From Dimorphilus gyrociliatus (lineage: Eukaryota; Animalia; Annelida): a stretch of DNA of 64,000 bases. Shown here in pieces: positions 54,905-64,000 of the stretch. A program made the translations under genes and the position numbers. The stretch spans positions 1,758,422-1,822,421 of the forward strand of contig CAJFCJ010000002.1 of assembly GCA_904063045.1 (NCBI GenBank), written 5' to 3'. Under the pieces are notes generated by a model. It saw only the letters and a program-made list of their open reading frames with translations, was not told where the DNA came from and made no database searches. Within the stretch, counting starts at the first letter, position 1. Every line of letters begins with the position of its first letter.

Positions 54905-57900
54905 ATGAGCGAGCTGTTGAACGAGTTAAAGAACGCACAGACAAGGAGAGGAGGTAAAGGAGAAGCTGGAAGAGGAAGTAGAATAGGAGGTCAAAGAGGA
55001 GGTCAAAGAGGAGGTCAAAGAGGAGGTGGAAAGGAAGGGGGAGAAGAAGGTGGAAATGAGTCTCACAGAGCAAACAGAAGAGAGGCTGTAAGTCCAAATG
55101 ACAGGGAGGGAGGATATCGAAAAGAGAATGGTGGTCCTAGATGGGGGCGCAAGGATTTTGAAACCTTCAAGGAGAGTAATGACGCCGATATGGTAGCAAT
55201 GACTATAAATGGAAAGCAAAGCATCCTCCACGAACTGTTCGAGAGAGAAACTGTACTAGTAGTAAAATTGACAGTGTTAATAGCCGAAAAGTGCGCCTTT
55301 CCGGGAGTCAAGAAATCTATACTTAAACGTTTTACAGAATGTTCAAAGTCCAAGGTATGATGCAGTTCTCTTTACAAAGAAAACTTTCCAATAATAATCC
55401 ATAATGCTTTTTCTTATTACAGAAATATCTTATAAATAAAATTCGTAATATGAGTACAATTACGAATGAAAGAGATGTTTGTGAATTTCTACTAAACATA
55501 TGCAGTATATTTAAAACATGCTGCAAACTGTTTTCAGACTGCTGGGAAGATCTGGAAGATTTATGGGAATGTGTTATGAGCACTTGTTTATTTCTAAAAA
55601 TGAAATTTCGATGGCAAGATGAGAATGAATTACTGGTTACTGTAGAGAATATTAACGAGGTGAATATATTTCATCTTCTTGAGATTATTACAAAATACTT
55701 TCAATATTTTAAATAATAATTGTGTTTCATAGATGAAAAATTTATTTCGAGCTGGAGCTGAAGTTGTTTCAAATGAAGCTCCTAAATCTCGCTTTAAATC
55801 AACAATAAACTATGATAAAGAACCTGAAGATGATATTTCTAATTATTCCGAATATCCTGCGGCAAAGGAATTACAACGAGACTTTACTCCATTCATTAGA
55901 CCGATTAAAAAGCACGGCGCTTATTTAAACGAGAAACAATACTTGGACATTTATTATAGACTGATGAGAGAGGATTTAATAAGACCTCTTCGAGAAGGAA
56001 TTAAAAAGCTTATCGAAGAAGATTCAAGTCTCGGAGTTTATAAAAATGTTAAAGTAAACGAAATTTTTGTTGATAAACGTGGCATCTCAAGGTTAGCAAA
56101 ATTTGACAAACTAAAAAGAATTAACTGGGAAACTTCGAAACGTCTACTTCCGGGATCATTGATATGTTTATCATCCGATAATTTCAATAGTCTGCATTTT
56201 GCAACAGTTGGAAGTCGGGATAAAAGTATTATTTCCAGTGGTTACGTAACAATAAAATTTGAGAAGAGTGAAGAGCTTGATTTGCAAAAAACCTTTGTCA
56301 TGGTTGAAAGTGAAGGATATTTTGAATCATATAGATATATTTTAAAAGGTTTACAGGAAATGCAAACAGAAGACATACCGTTCAAAGAAGAGATTATTTA
56401 TTGCAGAAAAGACCATAGACTTCCTAACTATATTAAAAATTCTCCTTATTGGGATCTTACCTGCTTGATTCCAAACGATTCTTCTACTTCAAAGGAATTG
56501 AAATCAACTTTGACTAATTTTAATGTTCTTGGTACACAAAGCTGGCCGAATAATGAACAATTAAACTTGGACACTTCTCAATTCGAAGCAATTCGATCTG
56601 TATTCAGAAATAGAATAACCTTAATCCAAGGTCCACCTGGAGCAGGTAAAACTTACGTTGGGCTGAAATTGGCAAATATTCTATTGAAAAACAAACAAAA
56701 ATGGAAAGCTGAGAATAATAGTCCTATTTTAGTTGTTGCTTATACTAATCATGCTTTGGATCAATTTTTGGAAGGAGTATCTTCATTTGAGGAAAGTATC
56801 GTTAGGTTTGGTTCAAGATGTAATTCTGAATCGCTGAAGAAGTTTAGTTTACAAGAAAAAAGAAGGGAAACACTATCAAATTCATCTTCATGGGCAAAAA
56901 AAATAAAACACCGAAGATATGAAGCGTTCCGGGATAGAGAAGAGGCTAAATGTCAATTAGAGATCTTGAAAAACATGAAAAAAAAATTTACTAATGGCTT
57001 TGCAAATATAGAAGATTTTGATGTTGAAGAAAGTTGGTTATTACACGAAATAGAAACTTCATATAGTAATTATCAGGTTAATCCCTTTGTGCAGTGGCTA
57101 GTTTTAGAACCAGAATCTATGATGGAAACCATGCAACAAAATGCAGAAAGTGGCCTTTCGTCAAAACCAGATAACAAAGAACAGAATCTGTCAGCCGAAG
57201 AGCAGAAATTTCAAAACGAAGAAGACGTTGACATCTCTTTGCAAGAAATAGAAATGGAACATCGAGACATAGAAGCAGATGTTAAACAAATAGAAGAAGT
57301 TCGTAAAACAATTGAAGATAAAGAGAATATCAACATAAACATAGACTTAGAAAACGATGAAGGATGGACAATGAAAATTGATATGAAAAAACTCAGAAAC
57401 AGAGTACAAAAAGAGTTTACTTCAACTGATATCATGGACAAAACGACAGTCGACAATATTTACAGCATTCAAAAACTGTCGGGAAAGGAACGATGGCAAC
57501 TTTATAGATACTGGGTACAACAGCAAATCAGAAGACTAGATAAGAAGATAAATGCATATGGAAATAAATATCAAATTTTATTCGACGAACTATGTGACTA
57601 CTCTGATCAAATTGATATGGAAACAGCTAAGAATTCATCTGTAATTGCTATGACAACAACATGCGCTTCTAGGCTTCGACATTTGATTAAACAGATAAAG
57701 CCTACAATTGTACTTTTTGAGGAAGCTGCAGAAGTTTTCGAATCACATGTTCTCACTTCATTATCTAAAGATACTCAGCATTTAATTCTCATTGGCGATC
57801 ATCTTCAATTGAAACCTAAACCAATTGTTTATGATCTCGCTATCAACTATAATCTAGAGATTTCTTTGTTTGAGAGACTTGTTGAAAATGATTTGCCCCA

Positions 57901-60349
57901 CGTTACACTCGGCGTTCAAAGACGAATGAGACCAGAAGTCTCTTATCTCATTCAAGATATATATCCAGATCTACAGGATCATTTTAGTACAAAGAATAGG
58001 GATGGGATCAAAGGAGTGGATAAAAGCGTTCTTTTCTTTAATCATAAAGAGAACGAAGATATATTATTGGATGATGGACATAGTAAGCGCAACACATTCG
58101 AGGCGCAAATGATAACCGGTCTCGTTAAGTATCTACGTCAACAGAATTACGATGGAGAAAGGATTACGATCATTACTCCCTACATGGGACAAGTAGTACT
58201 TATAAAGAAATGCATGAAGGCGCCCAATGATAAAGTGAAACAAATATTCAACGGTGTTCGAGTGGTAGCCATAGACAATTATCAAGGAGAAGAAAATGAT
58301 ATTATCATCTTATCCCTTGTCCGATGTAATACCCGAGGAATTACGGGATTTGTGACTATACAGAATCGAATTTGCGTAATGTTGTCAAGGGCAAAATATG
58401 GAATGTTTATCTTTGGTAATCTTGATATGTTCGCCTCTAAATCTGATTTATGGAAAAAAATCAAACAAAGATTAGAAGAAAAAGATCAAATTGTCAACTC
58501 ATTAAAACTGGCATGTCAAAATCACAATATTGGCACGGAGGTCAAAAAACCATCAGACTTTTTAAAAGTCCCAGAAGGTGGATGTTCTAAAAAATGTGGA
58601 CAGAGATTACCATGTGGACATATTTGTCTATTGTCATGTCATGCCTTTGACCCCGAACATAAAAAGTATCCCTGTCAACAACCATGCAGCAAAATTCTTT
58701 GCGATCTTGATCACAAATGTCCAAAACTATGTTTCCAATCCTGTCCACCTTGTATGAAAAAAGTGAAGAAATATATTGCTGATTGTGGACATACAGACGA
58801 AGTTCCTTGCTCAGTACCAGAATCAAACTGGAACTGTCGTAGTAAGTGTACAAAAAGTCTGAATTGTGGTCATAAATGCGAAAGAAAATGCTATGAAAAA
58901 TGTGTCTGCTTTGTTCCTTGCAAAAAAAGTCTATTAGGATGCGATCATGTATGTCAGGGCAACTGTTCTACATGCTTTAATGGTAAAATGCACGTTCCTT
59001 GTAATAAACCATGCAAAAGAATTCTTGTATGTGGACATGAATGTGAAGATAGGTGCACTAAGGAGTGCCCACCATGCACACGAGATTGTGACATGAAATG
59101 CATCCACTCGGAATGCAGTCTGAAATGTGGAGACCCATGCTATATTTGTAAAATGGAATGTCCTTTAAAGTGCGAACACCAGATTTGCGAAAAAAAATGT
59201 GGTGAAGCATGCAGTATTAAACCCTGCACAAGACGTTGCAAGAAGACTCTTTCTTGTAAACACCGTTGCATAGGTTTATGTGGTGATGAATGTCCGCCAA
59301 TTTGTGGACAATGCAATCCTTCCGTCTATGAAATATTCTTTGGAGTGGAGGATGAAAATTCTACATTTGTCTTTTTGCCCGATTGTCAACATTGTATTGA
59401 ATCCGAATCAATGGATGAATGGATGATGAGAGAAAGTAACAAAGTAGGCCTAAAGTCTTGTCCCAAGTGCAGCACAATTGTTAGAAAATGTACAAGATAT
59501 AATAATATAATTAATCGACAATTAAAGAATGTCGAAGAAGCCAAGAAAAAAATGATTAAGCCTATTAGTGAAGAAGATGTAAAGAAAAACAAAGTGCTGA
59601 ATGATTATCTTCAACTCCACTCGAAAAAAAACAGCTTTTTCCCTATAAGTTTACTTCGTCTTCAAACCTATATAACTTCAAGTATTGAACAGATGAAGGA
59701 ACATGGAACAAATGAAAGGGATCTGGCTAAAATCGAAACTTTAATATCGATCAGCAAAAAGCTTATTGAATTCGCAAATAATCGATATATCAGTTCCGAT
59801 AGTAAAATGGAATTGGACAATATTTGTAAATGGTTGATGAATATTGAAACTAGCTTTAGTGATCAACAAGAAAGTGACTTGAACAATGCTTTAGACAGAA
59901 TGAAGATTTTCCTGATAATTGACTGTTTTAATCGCCAAACAACACAACTAGAGTCAATTTTGAACCAATGTCTGGACTATCAGGCTTTGTCCGTATATAA
60001 TAAAATGCTATTGGGAGCCTATGTGAAGTCTAGTGATTTAGATTATCTATTTAAAGCACTAAAAGTTGTGGGAGATAAGGAGGGCATGGACCTGAATGAA
60101 GAATTAACAATGAAAAAGAAAATGGCTATAATAAGAGCTATGGACATACCTAGAGGACATTGGTTTAAATGTCCTAAAGGTCATATATATGCAATTGGCG
60201 AGTGCGGTGGAGCAGTAGAAGAGTCTAGATGCCCTGATTGTAAATCAATAATCGGAGGAACAGGTCATAGATTAGCGGAAGGTAATGCACATATTGGAAG
60301 TTTTGATGGATCAGCTATGTCCTCATATGATACAGCAGTAGCAGGTTAG
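54905..60349 (+). CDS. ZNFX1: NFX1-type zinc-finger SF1 RNA helicase with C-terminal RZ finger, 3 exons (~1767 aa)
   Basis: Exons 54905-55354, 55423-55659 and 55733-60349. YLDIYYRLMREDLIRPLREG, KRLLPGSLICLS, QGPPGAGKT, FEEAAEV, LILIGDHLQLKP, DNYQGEE, a run of NF-X1 Cys/His fingers, and the RZ finger GHWFKCPKGHIYAIGECGG..CPDC. Confidence 0.95.
54985..55027 (+). repeat. 12-nt coding tandem repeat (AGGAGGTCAAAG x3.5) encoding GGQR repeats
   Basis: Read directly within ZNFX1 exon 1. Confidence 0.9.
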
Positions 60350-60837
60350 CCTAAAATTGTTTAATAAATAATTTTTCAATGCTAATGATATGTTCTGTTT
60401 TTAAAAGCTCAAGACGAACGTCCTCTGATCGACTTTGATTAGACGCTGACAAATCTATGAAACGAAAAAGAAAAATTAGTGATTTTTAAGAATGTTAGAC
60501 TTTAATTACCACAAATACCATATGTATTTTGTAGATTTTACAGTTATCTTCAATCAAAATTATTGTTAATGCATTCTTTACGTTTTAAAAGATAGTATTT
60601 GTACTGTTTCGTCCGTTCTCTCTTTTTTTTCTATATGTTTTCTTGGAAAAATTTGTTGCTAAGCTTTAAAGAACTTTTTTTTTTCTGGATAATCATAATA
60701 AAATAGAATATCTTTTCATTGATTAGAATTAGGTCTGTTTATTGTGTCAAAAGAATTGAATTATATACAGTATATTTACAACAAAAGAAAAGTTATATTA
60801 TTATCATCAATGTAAGCATCGCAAAGAAACTAGAACT

Positions 60838-60881
60838 GGAAAAACCATGACTCATTAGGTTTCAGTTTCGATTTCGGTTTC
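60838..60881. promoter_or_regulatory. kappaB-like + AP-1 + 4x IRF half-site cluster
   Basis: GGAAAAACC (60838-46), TGACTCA (60848-54), then ggTTTC-agTTTC-gaTTTC-ggTTTC (60858-81) with a 6-nt period. Confidence 0.5.
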
Positions 60882-60958
60882 TTGGTGTTTATACCATATG
60901 TATTTTGGAGGCTTTAAAGTTTCGAAAACAGATTAAACGAGGTAATCAATTAAATTTA

Positions 60959-61052
60959 ACTTGTTGATTGCTATCGCCCCACCAGACTTTGTCCTGAATT
61001 CACAATTGACTCTTCCAAGTAAGTTAATTTTTTAATTAGTACAAACTTTTAA
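60959..61052 (+). pseudogene. Decayed copy of the ACOX3 penultimate-exon end plus the following intron start
   Basis: Aligns by eye to 54077-54172 (acttgttgat.gctatcgc.ccaccaga.tttgt.ct.aatt...tcttccaa...gtaagttaa...aattagta.aaact) with small indels. Confidence 0.85.
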
Positions 61053-61084
61053 TTTGTATGAACAAGTCTAACTTCTTGTAAGTA

Positions 61085-61400
61085 ACGCCTTTCTTTTGTT
61101 CTAATTCATAGTATATGGACATCTATTAAAGATTGGTGAGAGAAGATTTATTAAGATCTCTTAGAGACAGTGTTAAGAACTAAGCATAAGGGTGAATATA
61201 ATAGTACCATTTATTGAAAAGTGGGCATCCCTTTAAAGGAAATTGTTCAATGTGCTACAATTGACAAATTCGTCCTGAGATGTATTCTTTCATGCCAAAA
61301 GACAGTGTTATGTTTTTATAAACTAATTGAAACAGAGTAGTTAATTGATGACATCTCTCAACATGAAATAATCGCCTTTCACAATAAGATGTTTGGCCGT
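61085..61400 (+). pseudogene. Collapsed ZNFX1 paralogue relic
   Basis: 61112-61180 reads YMDIY*RLVREDLLRSLRDSVKN versus YLDIYYRLMREDLIRPLREGIKK. From 61211 it reads LLKSGHPFKGNCSMCYN*QIRP plus frameshifted CILSCQKTVLC, versus LLGCDHVCQGNCSTCFNGKMHVPCNKPCKRILVC. A weaker AFHNKM versus SVYNKM match follows. Confidence 0.8.
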
Positions 61401-61647
61401 TTTGAAAACAAGATTTGTTTATCAAAATAGTAGATGTTGCTTTTGTAATCTTCTTCGTTCGCTATCGTTCCTACCTATCTTTTAAAAAAACTTAAAGAGC
61501 CTTTATTCTTTGAAATTCTATATTATACTCTTTAAAGTACTGTTAAAACAACTGTTCAAAGATCAAGCTGTATCCAATAGCTGTCGTACTATATCGTACA
61601 AAGTTTGGCCGTAATACCGATGGTCATAACTCTCCTTTATTGCAAAA

Positions 61648-62139
61648 ATGAAGTGGAAAACATATGTTGCTTACCTTTGTTTATCCTTAGTAAAATTCTC
61701 GTATTCATTGCAGTGCTTTTCTTGTAGAGAATGCGATATTGAAAGCCCTGGAAAAGTTACACCGTGTCCAACGGCTTGTTATTATGGAATTATAGGTTGG
61801 CTACAAATGCGTAATATTTTTACATAAGATAACTCATTTGAACGTACAGGACCTTTCATCAAACGTGGATGTTTGTCACGTAGCACACCAATTGATTATT
61901 CTACCTATAATTTTGACTTAGGATTAGCAAGATGTTATCATTCAGATACATCGAGTGGTGTGTTTTATGATAAGTATTGCGTTTGCACTTTTAATTCTTG
62001 TAATGAAAAACTATGTATGCAATCGAGCGTTGAAATTCTCTCTTATTGTATTTCTTGGTTTTACTTATCAATAGTTATAGTTCTCTTTGTAGTGTTAATG
62101 GTAGTTATATGTGGTATAATTAAATTACATATAGGATGA
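61648..62139 (+). CDS. Ly6/uPAR (three-finger, quiver-like) membrane protein, 2 exons
   Basis: Signal peptide MKWKTYVAYLCLSLVKFSYS, LQCFSCREC, a phase-1 intron, PFIKRGC, C-terminal CVCTFNSCN and a hydrophobic tail. Confidence 0.8.
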
Positions 62140-62327
62140 GAGAGGGTGAATAAGGAGGGTTATATTAAGGTAATATTTGTATTATCATTAACTAAATTCT
62201 TGAACACAAAATAAACAACAATTATACTTGAAAAACTCTATTAAGCCAAAATTGCTTGTCCAGATTGATCTATAGATGAGTTATCTGTTTAAATGTAAGA
62301 TAAAAGAGTCATAATAAGCTAGAATAG

Positions 62328-64000
<1,673 letters not shown>

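Noticed and set aside
57714-57735. ZNFX1 Walker B reads EEAA, not DEAA
   Set aside because: EEAAE is the normal ZNFX1-family motif and does not indicate inactivation.

Overview
This is AT-rich, very gene-dense eukaryotic (animal) DNA with mostly ~45-75 nt GT-AG introns. The gene set and compaction suggest a miniaturised invertebrate genome, possibly a lophotrochozoan such as a meiofaunal annelid (inference only). I can delimit about 25 protein-coding genes: PLAC8-like, DDX43, HYOU1, DCPS, LZTFL1, HIBCH, an unrecognised 4-exon type II membrane protein, a 14-finger C2H2 protein, HENMT1, NIFK, a class V PLP cysteine-desulfurase-like enzyme, INIP, GAK/auxilin, a nAChR alpha-type subunit, leishmanolysin-like LMLN with a calumenin-like gene nested antisense in one intron, METTL27-like, CCDC88/Girdin-like, RPS27A, RUVBL2, a class A GPCR, ACOX3, ZNFX1, a Ly6/uPAR protein and ILF2 (partial). 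No tRNA, rRNA, CRISPR array or intact transposon was seen. The most interesting signals are five: (1) a tandemly duplicated, probably mutually exclusive exon 2 in ACOX3; (2) a ~450 bp collinear relic of an ACOX3-3'-end plus ZNFX1 duplicate, collapsed from ~6 kb by deletions; (3) ISRE/IRF-type motifs on both sides of ZNFX1, the downstream one clustered with AP-1 and kappaB-like sites ahead of a Ly6 gene, suggesting an invertebrate antiviral-response module; (4) a nested gene that fills about 95% of its host intron; (5) a hidden orphan membrane-protein gene. Exon boundaries were read by eye, and no database searches were run.
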